Below are positions 39,948-53,100 of a stretch of 64,000 bases of DNA, piece by piece. The position numbers and the translations under genes were made by a program. Each line of letters starts with the position of its first letter. The first letter of the stretch is position 1. The DNA comes from Octopus sinensis (lineage: Eukaryota), in NCBI RefSeq assembly GCF_006345805.1, contig NC_043006.1:30194001-30258000 (forward strand), given 5' to 3'. The notes under the pieces were generated by a model that saw only the letters and a list, made by a program, of their open reading frames with translations, made no database searches and was not told the origin of the DNA.

Positions 39948-40084
39948 CTCCCAGAAAGTAATATTTGGATTCCCAGTTTTTTCCAAAAATACTTTGCGAA
40001 ACCATTCATCAATTTTTTTGCCAGGATTCCAGCCATAGTCTTTGAGTAGGTTTGGTAAAAGGCTTAAATATCCCCATTTATGAT
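39948..40084 (-). CDS. Patatin/EF-hand phospholipase, coding exon 3 (DHKWGYLSLLPNLLKDYGWNPGKKIDEWFRKVFLEKTGNPNITFWE)
   Basis: Absent from the ORF track. Acceptor tttcttgcag, donor GAG|GTGAGT, 137 nt, phase 1 to 0. The YGWxPG and TGNxNITF motifs fit the patatin domain. Confidence 0.9.
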
Positions 40085-40468
40085 CTGCAAGAAATAAATT
40101 TATAAGCAACAATATGATAGTTAATTAAAGTTTAGGTAACAAGATACATATTTCATTGCTCCATGAAACAAATGTAATATTTAAACTTCACTGTGGATTC
40201 TTTGTTTAGCACAAACTCATTTTTATAAAAATTGGAAAAGTGTAGTATATAATTTACATTATCCTAATATATTACTGGTATATTTTTATTGAGTAAAGTA
40301 GCATTAAAATTATACTTTAGTCTCAGCAAGAATGCAACAGAGAACTATATGACTGATACAATAATATGTCTTGTAACCCAGCATTCTTACCTCTGTACTT
40401 TAAACACCACATTATATGTATGTCGGGGACATAATTGCCTTACCAAAACCTATTCAATGTGGAAGCTC

Positions 40469-40535
<67 letters not shown>

Positions 40536-41362
40536 CACACAATAAACTTTTTACTGATTTTAAAATGGGACCACAAGTTTTAAATCTTATGTCTTAGGAC
40601 AGGGTGCCTCACAACAGAAGTAGGATAACTACAGCCAAAACACTGGTCAAACACTGATATTTGCCCCAACTTCATATAGTAATACTAATATCATTGCTAT
40701 CATATTATATCCTTGGCCAAAGTACAGCTATACGGATTAGCAAAGTCTTATATTTCTACAAATACATTAGGAAAAACCTTCGACTTTGTTTATTTCATGT
40801 TATTTTTCCTTCCCCCTTCTTCTCTCTCTTCCTTTCTTTCGTTTTTTTCTCTAACTGATACTGATGCAACTCTACGTCCCCCTTACTCAGTATATGAGAA
40901 TCGCTACATAGATGATTTTAACTTGCGTGCGAGATGGATTGCGTGCATATATGTACGCATGCATTTATGTGTATATTTTAGATTTATATGTATACGTCTG
41001 TATATGTATGGCGTTTGCACGCATCCTTCTGTGTATGTTGATATATATATGTACACTTTAATATAAATATGTATTGCAGTGTAATATTTATAATAGGTTT
41101 TAATTTCTATGCTTTAATTATACTTTCTTCATTAACGTCAATATGTATTTTATTCAACGTAAGGTTTTTCCTCGAATTTTATAATTTTTATAAATTTTTA
41201 TAAGTTTATATATATATATATACATATATTTTTGACCTTTTTGTTTATCGCTTGAAGATTGACCGTTTTTTCTAAAGGGCCAATCAAACAAGTCCATTTT
41301 TTTTTTAAAGGTGTAGCGTTCGTAAGAGTCTAGATTGAATTGATATATCGGTTCCATTCTAG

Positions 41363-41412
41363 CAAAAACTGTCTGATGAACGGCAACGGGAAACTCAGAG
41401 TAACAGATTTTG
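41363..41412 (+). ncRNA. Minimal type I hammerhead-ribozyme-like motif at the end of a Penelope-LTR-like repeat
   Basis: Stem I CAAAA-A-CTGT / ACAG-A-TTTTG, core CTGATGA and GAAA, stem II CG-GCAA-CG, stem III ACTC-A-GAGT, site GUA. The closing pair of stem II is A.G rather than G-C. Confidence 0.5.
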
Positions 41413-41455
41413 TTGAATTTTCTGCTGCTTAAAATAAAGTATATATATATAATAT

Positions 41456-41486
<31 letters not shown>

Positions 41487-41509
41487 ATAATATATATATA
41501 TATAATATG

Positions 41510-41573
<64 letters not shown>

Positions 41574-41592
41574 TATATATATATATAGATAT

Positions 41593-41661
<69 letters not shown>

Positions 41662-41790
41662 ATATGTATATATATATATATATGTATAGTATATGTATAT
41701 TATGTATATATATATGTATGTATATATATATGTATGTATATATATATATGTATGTATATATATATATGTATGTATATATATATGTATGTA

Positions 41791-44700
41791 TACTTTGATA
41801 CTTTGATAGGTTTTGGCCATTATTGGCCCAGGCCATGTTTAACTTAATAGCACCACCTGGTGAAGTCTTTCAAGTCAGAATTTGGGCACTATGGCCCACT
41901 CAAGTAGAGAGTTATTGTTTACAGAGACATATCCGGGTGTAGGGGGTTTATCCGGGATTTCTTGAAGGAATCTGTCCAAAGACTTCTTGAACCCTATAGG
42001 GTCAGTTTCTGTTTTAATGTGTTTTGGTGTAATGTTAAAGAGAGCGGGGCCAATTGAGGTGAAATAATTGTGCCGTATTGTTGTTATGAGATGAGAGTGC
42101 GATTTTTGTTTTGGGCGGATGGCATGGGGCCCAAGCCTTGGATGTACCTTCAAGGTGATGCCAACATCATTTGGGCAATGCTGATGGAATATTTTCCACA
42201 TCATGCAGATGATGTAGCGCTCACGACGACGTTGGAGAGAATAGAGTTTTAGCTTTTCTAGTCGACCCCAATAGTCGAGGCCTGTCATGCCATCTATCTT
42301 TTTTGTGATTGCCCTTTGAGGTGCTTCAACTTTTATGATACCTTGTATTGTGTGGGGAGACCACAGTGGACAACAGTATTCAAGGTGGGGTCGGGCAAAA
42401 GTGGAGAAGAGAAGGATAATGGTGTGGATATCTCTCGACTGGAAAGTTCTGAGAATCCAGGAACACATTCTGCGGGCCATGTCAACTTTGGTGTTTATAT
42501 GAGTGGCCCAGCTTTATTGTTGTGTCCACAATTACTCCCAAGTCTCTGATGTTGTTGGACGCCGCGAGAGTTTCACCTGAAGGAAGGGAGTATGGGAGTT
42601 TCAGGACATCCTCTTTTTCAAAGTGGATTAACTCAAATTTATCCTCGTTCAGCAGCATATTGTTTTTTTCTGCCCATTGGATAACAGCCAGTAGATCTGA
42701 CTGAAGGCATGTCCGGTCACTCGCCTCATTATGACCTTCTGTAGCTTGGAGTCATCTGCAAAGATTTTTATGTGCTGTGTGCTTGATGATGTCATAATGT
42801 CATTAATGTAAATGATGAAAAGAAGTGGGCCAGCACAGTGCCTTGCGGAACGCCACTACTGACTTTGGCTGGGCTTGATTTTCCCTTCAACTACAACATG
42901 TTGAGATCTGTCTGTCAGGAAACACTTGATCCATTTCAGTAACTTTCCAGAGACACCAATGTTGGATAGTTTTTTCAATAGGATCTTGTGATCGACCCTG
43001 TCGAAGGCCTTACTGAAATCAAGGTAGATGACATCGGTGTTGGAGCCCTCTCCCAAAGCTCTCAAAATGTCCTCAAAGTGATGCAGGAGCTGCGTTAGGC
43101 AGTCCCTTCCATTACGGAACCCATGTTGGTTGGAGATCAGCCGTCTGTTGCTTCCAGAAATTGGGTTATTCGAGATCTCACCACCCTCTCAAATACCTTG
43201 ATGATATGAGAGGTGAGTGAGATCGGACGGTAGTTCACTGCAAGGGACTTGTTTCGCTTTTTGAAAACTGGGACAACAGACTGGGACAGAAGGTTTTTTG
43301 GAATATAGCCAGCATCCAGTGAGTTTCTCCACAGATTAGCAAGGGGAGATGCAAGTTGGTGTCGACACACCTTCAGGACACAAGCAGGGAACCTATCGGG
43401 GCCTACTGCTGAATTGTGTTTTATTTCGTTTATCGCCGCTAAGACATCAGGGGCACTAAACGTTATGTCCGATATAGTGTGTTGGGGGTTGACATCACTG
43501 ATACAGCCAGATCGGCCATATCAGGATTGCTGAAAACAGAGCAGTATTGTTTCTGCAGTATCTCGGCCATGGATTTGGCGTTATCTTGGAGAGTGCCAGT
43601 TTCATCAATTAGAGGGCCAACAATGGAGACAGTGACCCTGCGTTTCCTCGCAAATGAAAAGAACACTTTGGGGTTGAGTTTGATTTTTTTCAATGGCCCA
43701 CTTCTCCTCAGCTGATCTTTGGTTATTGATGAGGGTCTTCATGCATTGTTGGAGGTTATATTTTTTGGATTCAAGCAGTGCGATAGCCGTCGAATGTGTG
43801 TGTTGCTGTTGGCAGTACTTTAGTTTGTTAATTTTTTTGTTTTTCTTTATTTTTCTGATAATGGTTTTTCTGTTTTGGGGGATTCTGCACTTTTTGTTCA
43901 CAGGTCTTGGTGGGGAGTGTTTTGCACATATGTCTGTGACGGTGTCTACAAAGATCTGCCAAGATGTTTTATGGTTGGTGGAGATGTGTGTATGTATAAA
44001 GGACCAGTCAACATGTGATAGCTCGTTCCTGATTACATCCCAGTTGGCATTATGGAGATCCATGTTGTCAAATGGGTGGGCTGGAGGGAGGTCATGGTCT
44101 GAAAGAAGGGTTTTTTCCACTGTAACGTTATGTATAGTGTTAGTGTGGTTACTAAACACTAGGTCCAAAATGTTCTGATGTCTTGTTGGTGCAAGGACAA
44201 GTTGGGACAAGAAAAACTCATTCGTAAAGTCGAAAAGTGACTCTGCTGCTTCTTTGTCAGCGGTTGAGGCGGGAGTGCTTGGTTTCAAACAGTTTGTAGT
44301 CCAGTCAACACAGGGTAGATTGAAGTCTCCCATCATGAGTAGGTTGCTAGAATGGCACTGTTGAATAAAGCACTTAATGCTGTTGAGGCATTCTTTAAAG
44401 CACAGTATGGGTGTTTGGGGCGGCCTATAGAGCCCAATTACTGTCAGGTCATTGGCTTTGTTCTGCACGGTGACTGATTCACAGTAGCCGTTGGAGAATA
44501 TACTATTTCCATCTGCCGTAGACGAATCATGCAGGAAAATGGCAGTTCCACCCTTCCTTCTGCCGATACGATCCGCGCGGATGGTTGTGAAATTCTTCAC
44601 TCTCACTTTGGCTTCCAAGTGGGAGTTGTCAAGGTGGGTCTCAGTGAGAATGAAGAAAGGGATGTGGTGTGGATGGTTACCAACCCAGTCTTCAATGAAT

Positions 44701-44797
44701 TGGACCTTCCATTTTTGTGCGTTGATGGAAGGGCTGACACCTTGTGCATTGAGTAGAAATGTGGAGGTTAGTGTAGTGGCTGGTTTTGACTGGCTGG
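41791..44797 (-). mobile_element. CR1-type LINE with nearly complete but frameshifted ORF2 (AP endonuclease + RT)
   Basis: [79 protein letters not shown]. 3' tail (TATCAAAG)2. At least four frame breaks. Confidence 0.92.
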
Positions 44798-44856
44798 TAT
44801 ATATATATGTATATATATATGTATGTATATATATATGTATGTATATGTATATGTAT

Positions 44857-44890
<34 letters not shown>

Positions 44891-44907
44891 GTATATATAT
44901 ATGTATG

Positions 44908-44956
<49 letters not shown>

Positions 44957-45715
44957 GTATATATATATGTATGTATATATATATATGTATGTATATATAT
45001 ATGTATGTATATATATATGTATGTATATATATATATATGTATATATATGTATATATATATGTATATATATATATATGTATATATAAGAACAATCTTAGTT
45101 AGAAATGGATGCGTGCGTTCCGTCATATAATAAATTAATAAATAAAACATATGCATATATACATACATATATGTATGTACCTACCTCTACATGTATATAT
45201 ACATGCATATATGGGTACAGGACACCAAAAAAACGTTGAACACAATGAGAAACGAAAACATAAACACAAAACCAAGAAACTGGACATTTTTCTTAAACAA
45301 CGAAAAAATAGAGTACAGGACAAATAACACAAGGAAAATTCCCCTTCTTCAGTCACCATGGTTTCATCCACTCTGGGTTTCGAAGGTGAAGGCGATACGC
45401 ATCTTCAATAGAAACTTTCCTTCCCGCGAAAAGCAAATTAAATAAAACTTGAGATCTTTTTGCGGAGGGGTAAAAATGGTAACAAAAACAGGACAGTAAC
45501 GACAGTACAAAATATAAACAGTAAAGGATAGGACAAGGAGAATAACAAGACAAGAAGGGCTGTTAAGCCGAACGAGATAGTGTTACGAAAGCTATTTTTG
45601 AGAACGGCGAAGGAGCAACAGAAAATGCTGTCTACACTTCAAGGACACCAGGCCAGAAAGGCAGTAGCAGAGCTCTCGTCGCGGGTCATCGACGGGAGGG
45701 AGGAGGAAGAGCAAG

Positions 45716-45751
<36 letters not shown>

Positions 45752-45832
45752 GAACCAGACTGGAGGAAGTCACATCTGTACATTACCAACAATTGTTTCT
45801 ATTGTGTCAATATATTTAGATATATATCATTT

Positions 45833-46170
45833 ATCTTTTGCTTGTTTCAATCATTAAGCTCCAGTCATGCTGGGGCACAACTTTGAAGAATTTTTAGTTG
45901 AATGAATTGACCCCAAGACATAATGTTTCTTGCTAAGCCCAACACTTATTTTATTGGTTTGTTTTGCCAAATTGCTAAGTTACAGGAATGTTAAACACAC
46001 CAGCACATGTCAAGTGGTGGTGGGAGACAAACATACACATAAAATAGGCTTCTTTTAGTTTCCATCTACCAAATCCACTCATGAGGTTACCTGCCCAAGG
46101 TGTCACACACTGGGATTGAATCCGGTACCATGTGACTGGGAAGCAAGCTTCTTACCACACAGCTACGCCT
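45833..46170 (-). mobile_element. Older copy of the 31948-32426 SINE family
   Basis: Same head, core and tail order with more divergence. Confidence 0.7.
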
Positions 46171-46239
46171 CTATGTGGGTATGTGCCTAAGACAGAATGA
46201 AAGAGAGATGCTGGAGGGAGATATAGAGTGGATATAGAT

Positions 46240-46700
46240 AATCATCATCATCATCACCGTTTAACATCCACTTTCCATGCTGGCATGGGTGGGACGGTTT
46301 GACAAGAGCCGGCCAAGCAGAAGCCTGCACCAGACTTCTGTGACTGTTTTGGCAGGATTTTTACAGCTGGATGCCCTTCCTAACACCAACCACCCAATAG
46401 AGGGGACTTAGTGCTTTTTACATGGCACAAGCTCAGGCGAGGTTAAATTTGGCAAGGTTTCTACAGCTGGATGCCCTTCCAAATGCCAACCACTTCACAG
46501 TGTTGACTTGATGCTATTTAAGTACACCTGTACTGACAGGGTCACCAAGTACCTTGCAAGACCAAAAACTCTTTTGAGAGGGGAGGGGTATTGGAGGAGG
46601 TGATCTTGTATCAGATGATGAAAGGTTAGAGAAAGTCAGAGAGATGGAAACAAGTGTCTTGCTGTGGAGGAGGTACAAGCTTACCCAGCCAGAGGTTGGG
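46240..46700 (-). mobile_element. RTE 3'-end copy
   Basis: (CAT)n followed by cgtttaacatccactttccatgctggcatggg..., with a duplicated ctacagctggatgcccttcc block. Confidence 0.7.
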
Positions 46701-48251
46701 GGAGAGAAAGAGAGATCAAGAATGAAGGCGGGAACAGGTGTGCTGCTGTAAAGGAGATACATGGTTATCCAACCTCAGGAAAGAGCAGGAGAAGAAGAGA
46801 GAGAGAGAGTGGGAGATAGCAGGATAGAGATGATGGCAAAAGTGCTAGGCAGAGAGAGATATAGATGGTGGTAAGTGCCAGGGCATACCCTTGAGGTTTG
46901 AATATCATAATATATGTGGCAGGATATTGTGAAAGAAGCGTGATTAGAGAGTGCAGAGGGGGAGTGAGAAGTGAGTGTCGAAAACCTGGATATATATATA
47001 GAGAGAGAGAGTGGGGTGGAGCTACCGGATAGCAATGATACAGAGAAACATGGCCGTGAGGACAGGATTGAGGACAAAATATCAGTTGAACCAATATATC
47101 TGAAAATTCATGTTACTAAGGTAACCCAAAACCAGTTCAATTCAAAGTAGACTGAAATAATATCTATGATACATGAACACATACAAAAAGAACACAGAAA
47201 CAAGAAATTTAATATTCTAAGAAAAGCCAGTTTACTTTTTAAACTTATGAAGGCATCAGTAGATAACAAAACAATAAAAAATAAACATAGAAATTCTATA
47301 TCATGACATTTGGTTATTTAGCTATTTATGTATGCTAAAAACAGTTTAGAGAAATTATGCTTATTAGATTATAGGAAAAGCAATTATAATTAAGGTGTTA
47401 TTTACTACTGAAATATTTAAATGCTTTTCTATATTTATGGGAATATTTCAATGTAAGACTGGTTCTACAATTTAATCATTTTAATTTTGAAGTAATTATA
47501 TAATACATTTCCTCTAGGAAGATATTTCCAATAATGATTGGAAGACAGAGCGTTGACAACAGGTTCATGGACTTCTTTCAACCAAGATGGAGTTGGAAAC
47601 AGGAAGAATGGTCATAGAATTGAATAAAGTATCAAAGTATTTTCAAATGACCAGCGCTTCTTTGCAATCTGGATATATTCCATTGAGCAAAAGCCAAAGA
47701 TATGACTAAGTTTGCAGATTATCAATAACAAATTCAAAGAGAAGACAAGCAAAATCAAGTGTTTGATGCTTTCAGTGGTTCCAGCAGTCTTCCTTCACTT
47801 GTTAAATCTCAAATGCCTTCTCAGAAAAATTTTTTCCATTATTGATAGAATGCCACAGAACCTCCCAATATCTCAGCATTATCCAGGCCTAAAGACATTA
47901 TCCAATCCTGTCATATATCTCAAAGAAGTAAGAAAAGGATTTAATGAAGAATTTGTAGAGTTTACAGAACTGTTTAAAACTGATATTGCTTCTCAGATTG
48001 GCATCAAGTAAGATGCCATGGAGTTTGAATCATATCATTTGATAACAGACAACTGTTTGGAGTTTCATTTTCTAAACGTAGAAAATTCCTTACACCTTTA
48101 TAGCATATATTATAGGCACTACTCTACTTTAATCTGAACTGGCAAGTGATAATGGCCACACCTTCTACTAAATTTTCACAGCAGTATATCAATATCCCTA
48201 TTATGAATATGATGGCCACACATTCTACCAAAATGTTATAGTAGTACTTAC

Positions 48252-48399
48252 CAAGCATCAACTTGCCAATGTCTTGACTTAAGTAGTCCAAGAGTTCATT
48301 GCTTGAAACGCCAACACTGATTAATGCAGCAACCATTGCCCCAGCACTTGCACCAGCCAAGCGTTTCGTATTATTTAATACACCAAGTTCTTCAAGTAC
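48252..48399 (-). CDS. Patatin/EF-hand phospholipase, coding exon 2 (VLEELGVLNNTKRLAGASAGAMVAALISVG...IGKLML)
   Basis: Nucleophile elbow GASAG (Ser91). Acceptor ttttctag, donor G|GTAAGT, 148 nt, phase 0 to 1. Confidence 0.92.
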
Positions 48400-49279
48400 C
48401 TAGAAAACAAAAGAAAACAACAATTCAGTTTAAAGAAAAAGAGAATAACAATAATAACAACAACAATATTATTGTCATTAACATAGTCTTTTGTCATCAT
48501 CATCATCATCACCGTTGACTTTTCCTTTAATCCTAGAACTGATGAAGCGTGCACATTTTTACTCACCAAACATCCTTTTACATCAAGAAATCCTTCTTTT
48601 TAGAACATCAAGAAAAAATACTTTGTTGTATTTGTTTTGAATCTCTGCCTTTTGTCCTTTCAGGGTTAATTAAATAAAGTATCAGTCATATACTGGGGTT
48701 GGTGCTATCAACTAACCCCCACTTTCAGAATTGCTGGCCTTGCACCAAAATCAGAAACCATTATTTCTCTAATAGTTTGACTGAGCAAAAACATAAGAGT
48801 ATATAACTAAATGATTTGAAATATTTAACAACTGCAGCATGGAACACACAAAAAGACTGTTAACTTCATTTTGGCATTTATTATTTCCTATCAAAGTTGT
48901 CTTTGTACCAATTGCAACCTGGTCACTGATATGGTTCTAGTTTTGAGGTAAGGTTGTAGTCAGTATATATATATATATATATATATTATTGTGTCTGGGG
49001 GGAGTCATTCTGTTTTAATGCCATATAAATTAACACACTGGTTTGATTTTCACTCATTTACTTATTTATTTTTCTAAAATTTATGTTGCTTCTTGCAACT
49101 TCTTCAATAGTCAGTGAAGAGGTTGCAAGAAGCAACGTAAATTTTAGAAAAAGTAAATGAGTGAAAATTGAACCGGATCATTAAAACAGAATGACCCCCC
49201 CCCACCAAGGCACAAATAAGATATGCTTCAATACATGAATTCACATAAAGAATCTTGCAAACCAAATACAAAAACAACA

Positions 49280-49840
49280 TATCATCATCATTATCGTTTA
49301 ACATCCGTTTTCCATGCTGGCATGGGTTGGACGGTTCGACTGGGGTTTGGGAAGCCATGAAGCTGCACCAGGCTCCAGTCTGATCTGGCAGTGTTTCTAC
49401 AGCTGGATGCCCTTCCTAATGTGTAGTAGGTGCTTTTTACGTGCCACTGGCACAGGGGGCAGAGGAGGCTGGCAATGACCACAATCGGTTGGTGCTTTTT
49501 ACATGCCACCAGCATGGAAGCCAGTCAAGGTGGTGCTGGCATCAGCCACGTTCGGATGGTGCTTTTTATGTGCCACCAGCATGGGGATCACAACTACAAT
49601 TTCCATTTGATTTTTATTTTGATGTACTTGACTCAACAGGTCTCAAGCACATCATGTCGTCCTACGATCCAAGGTACTTTTGAATAGGCTGGGGCTGGTT
49701 ATGCGACACTGGTGTAGGTTACAGATGTGAACTCACTTTATTTGCCAGGTCTTTGCAGTCACAGCATATCTCCAGAGGTCTCTGTCTTTCGTCATTGCCT
49801 CTGTGAGGCCCAATGTTCGAAGATTATGCTTCACCACCTC
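49280..49840 (-). mobile_element. RTE 3'-end copy
   Basis: Reverse complement of the 39330-39915 family, including the gtcattgcctctgtgaggccc block. Confidence 0.7.
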
Positions 49841-50316
49841 ATTATATATATATTTATATAATATATCCTTTGAGTTTGTTTACAGGAAACATTTTGAATA
49901 TGCATGTAAAAGCTACTATTTTATTATTCTGTAGCGATGCATTAAAATATTTATAAATTCCAGCCAAGAATTGTTATTGTTATTGCTATGTGTGTGTGTG
50001 TGTGTGTGGTATATATATATATATATATATAGGTTGTGTAAAGCCAGAACAATGTCAGAAGGTACAAAGTAAACTAGAAATTGAAAAGAAAACAGAATAA
50101 AGTTGCAGTTTAACCTTGTATTTCTATTGTTTGGGGTGAAGACCCCTTCTTGAGGAGGTTCAGAAAAGTGATGGTTGGAAAAAGTTTGTTTCTCAGAAGG
50201 GCATTACTGAGCAACAAACTGCAAGTAAAACTGCAACTTTCTTCTGTTTTCTTTTCAACTTGTTTATTTTGTAGCTTCTCGCATTGTTCCGGCTTTACAC
50301 AACTGCACTCTTTAAT

Positions 50317-51700
50317 ATAATAATAATAATAATAATTGTGTACAGTGCTCAGGTGCACTACAACTCATCTAAAGTGTATATATAATCAGGTGAAGTTTCG
50401 GCGGATTTCGGAAAGCATGAGGGCCTTAAAAGATGCAGTGTCATGGCAGTCAACAACTGACGCAGGCAGTTTATTCCATGCTTCAGCAACTCTGAGCGTG
50501 AAAAAATGTTTCCGAAAGTCATGGGAGCTGTATTGTTTTCTGACTTTGTAGGCATGTCCACGTGTGTTAGACACATGGAGATCAAAAAGGTGTTCAGTGT
50601 TGTTGTTGGTGAGGTGGTTGATAACTTTGTGGGTGTTTACCAAGTCCGTCGCCAAACGCCGGAGCTTCAGTGAATCCATGCCCAGGGAAACAAGGTGCTC
50701 AGAATATGGTAGGTGTCTGATGGAGGGTATGCGTTTGGTTGCACGTCTCTGGACAGATTCCAGGAGGTCAATGTTCTGTGCAAGATAGGGGTTCCAAACT
50801 GATGATGCGAATTCCAAGTGTGGTCGTACCATAGCTGTATACAGTTTTAAATAGATGGCTGGAGAGCGGCTAACAAAAGACCTGCTGAGTGATGCCAAGA
50901 CACCCTCGGCTTCCTGACAATCTTAGAGATATGCTTTGACCAACGCAGATCACTGCTGACAGTGATGCCTAGGTCACGCTCGCAAGAGGATTTCTTGATA
51001 TCAGTGTTGTGGAGGGAGTATGTGAACGCAGGGTTTTTTCTCCCAAAATGCATGGTGGTACACTTGTCCACAGCCAGTTTCAGTTGCCAGTCTGTGATCC
51101 ATTGCTGCATTGTGTCTAGGTCTGATTGCAGGAAAGAGTTGTAGACATCAGGATCTGTCCTCTTGATTTCAAGGTACAGCTTGATGTCGTCTGCATATTT
51201 CAATACTGTGGCATTCTTTAAATTGGCATCTATGTCGTTAATGTATGCCACAAACAAGAGGGGGCCAGGACAGATCCCTGTGGTACACCCGATGACATCT
51301 CATATGGTGTAGAGTGCTGTCCTAGAACTGTGACTACCTCCTTTCGGCTGAGGATGAAGGATTTCAACCAGTTAAAAAGGTCATCCCCCACACCCATTGC
51401 AGAGAGTTTCACCATAAGCCTTTTGTGTGGCACAGAGTTGAAAGCCTTAGCAAAGTCAAGGTAGACAACATCCACCCATGAGCCACTGTCAGTAATCTGA
51501 GTAATGTCCTCAAGGAACTCGACAAGCTGGTCACTGCAGCTGGAGTTAGGGACAAATCCATATTGTGAGGGTCGGATGAGACTGTGAGAGCTCCAGAAGT
51601 TCCAGAGTGTTTCTCTGACACACGATTCCATCAGTTTTGCAATACAGCTAGTGAGACTGACTGGGCAATAGTTGACAGGTGATGTGCGGTCGCCCTTTAT
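50317..51700 (-). mobile_element. 5'-truncated CR1-type LINE (RT and C-terminus)
   Basis: NYCPVSLTS, YLDFAKAFNSVPH, GVPQGSVL, YADDIKLY, RPHLEF and AWNKLP, with an (ATT)n 3' tail. A different family from 41791-44797. Frameshifted. Confidence 0.9.
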
Positions 51701-52064
51701 ATATTTATATGGGTTTCACAGCTATAAATATCTTTTTATCTGTATCAATCATTGCGGTTGTTAGTCATTCTGGTGCTTAGTGACCATGTCTTCTTTTTCC
51801 TTCTTCCTTTGGTATTGTATAGAATACAATTATAATATTATAAAAGAGAATCTATCAGTCTATGACTACAGATTGACACAAACTATATGAAATGGGAGTG
51901 GGGGTGCAAGAGCAGTAGAAGTGGTGGTGGTGGTGGTGAAAGTGGCAGAAAGTGAAGGAAGAAAAGACAAACAACCAAATACCACGTTAACTGACCAACC
52001 ACTAAGCACCTGCCAATGACTGACCTATATAGCTAAAAAGGTGTAAGATACCGGTGTTACATAA

Positions 52065-52260
52065 ATGACACCCATGCCAGTGGCACATAAAAGTACCCAT
52101 TACGCTCTCAGAGTGATTGGTGTTAGGAAGGGGCATCCAGCCATAGAAAACCATGCCAAATCAGACAGGAGTCTGGTGAAGCCTTCCAACATGCCCGCCC
52201 TAGTCAAACTGTCCAACCTATGCCAGCATGGCCAACGGATATTAAATGATGATAACAATG

Positions 52261-52265
<5 letters not shown>
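52065..52265 (+). mobile_element. RTE 3'-end copy
   Basis: gtggcacataaaagtaccc...ggtgttaggaaggggcatccagcc...gatattaaatgatgat. Other short copies at about 5480-5650, 56905-57060 (+) and 62085-62280 (-). Confidence 0.7.
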
Positions 52266-52310
<45 letters not shown>

Positions 52311-52694
52311 ACAGTTATATTTTCCTTATGAAACACATAGACTGCATATAAGTGCTCTAGTTAAACCTGAGATGCGAGACAAGTAAAATAGATGAACTGG
52401 AAAAAGTTCAAGTCAGGCAAAGCTACAATGAACACATATGTGTACAAATTTAATTACGATAAAAATTGCCCAAAATAAAGCATATATTGATATGTTAAAA
52501 ATACATATAAAAATATATCAATATTAGAAATATATATGGACATATAAAGGTAGGAATATATAAACATAGTAATAATATAATGAAGTATAGGAATATAGAT
52601 AAAAACGTTTTTTACAAAAAAGAATTGAAAATATAGTGAAGAGAAAATATAATAATAGGCATCAAAATAAGGTTTTGGGTTATATACTAAAATA

Positions 52695-53100
52695 TTCCAA
52701 CAGCTGTTTCTAGGATTTATTCATCCAAGTAAAAAATTAATCTTAAAATTCACTTTCAGAGAATGTCTCCTTCATCAGGGAAAAAGTGATATTTACTGTA
52801 GAGATTCTATGAGTTTGCTGCCAAGGTATGAGACAATTGGAAGCTTTTGTAGAAGAACAGATATAGTTATGTAAATAATGGAAGTGTTTATGAGGAGTAA
52901 AAATTACATTACTTTTTGTCTTTATTAAAATTTAATTGGTAACATATTGTGATGGAAATTACTAAGGCTATTGTTGAGTGCATTTGGATTTAAAGAGTCT
53001 CATGAAAGTTGAGTAGTATCTGTGGTTACACGAATGAAAAGTGTCGGAAAACTTATTTAATACGGTAGAATTATTCAGGCAAACGATAGCATATGCACAT
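52695..53100 (-). pseudogene. Decayed Penelope-like C-terminus followed by two degenerate hammerhead-like motifs
   Basis: Fragment VLNKFSDTFHSCNHRY resembles LNKRSE..CRH. Downstream lie CTGATGA-A-GGAGA(CAT)TCTCT-GAAA and GATGA...GAAACAGCTGT. Confidence 0.4.

Noticed and set aside
44798-45092. N-terminal 100 aa of the 495-aa ORF
   Set aside because: Microsatellite fused in frame to the LINE endonuclease, not a real N-terminus.
47520-48011. 99-aa plus-strand ORF and a faint piggyBac-like reading on the minus strand (YMTG...FLRRHLRFN)
   Set aside because: No recognisable motif in the ORF. The transposase resemblance is too weak and stop-ridden to call without a profile search.
48539-48574. CTGATGA...CAAACATC hammerhead-like trace
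   Set aside because: GAAA is lost and the stems cannot be drawn convincingly.
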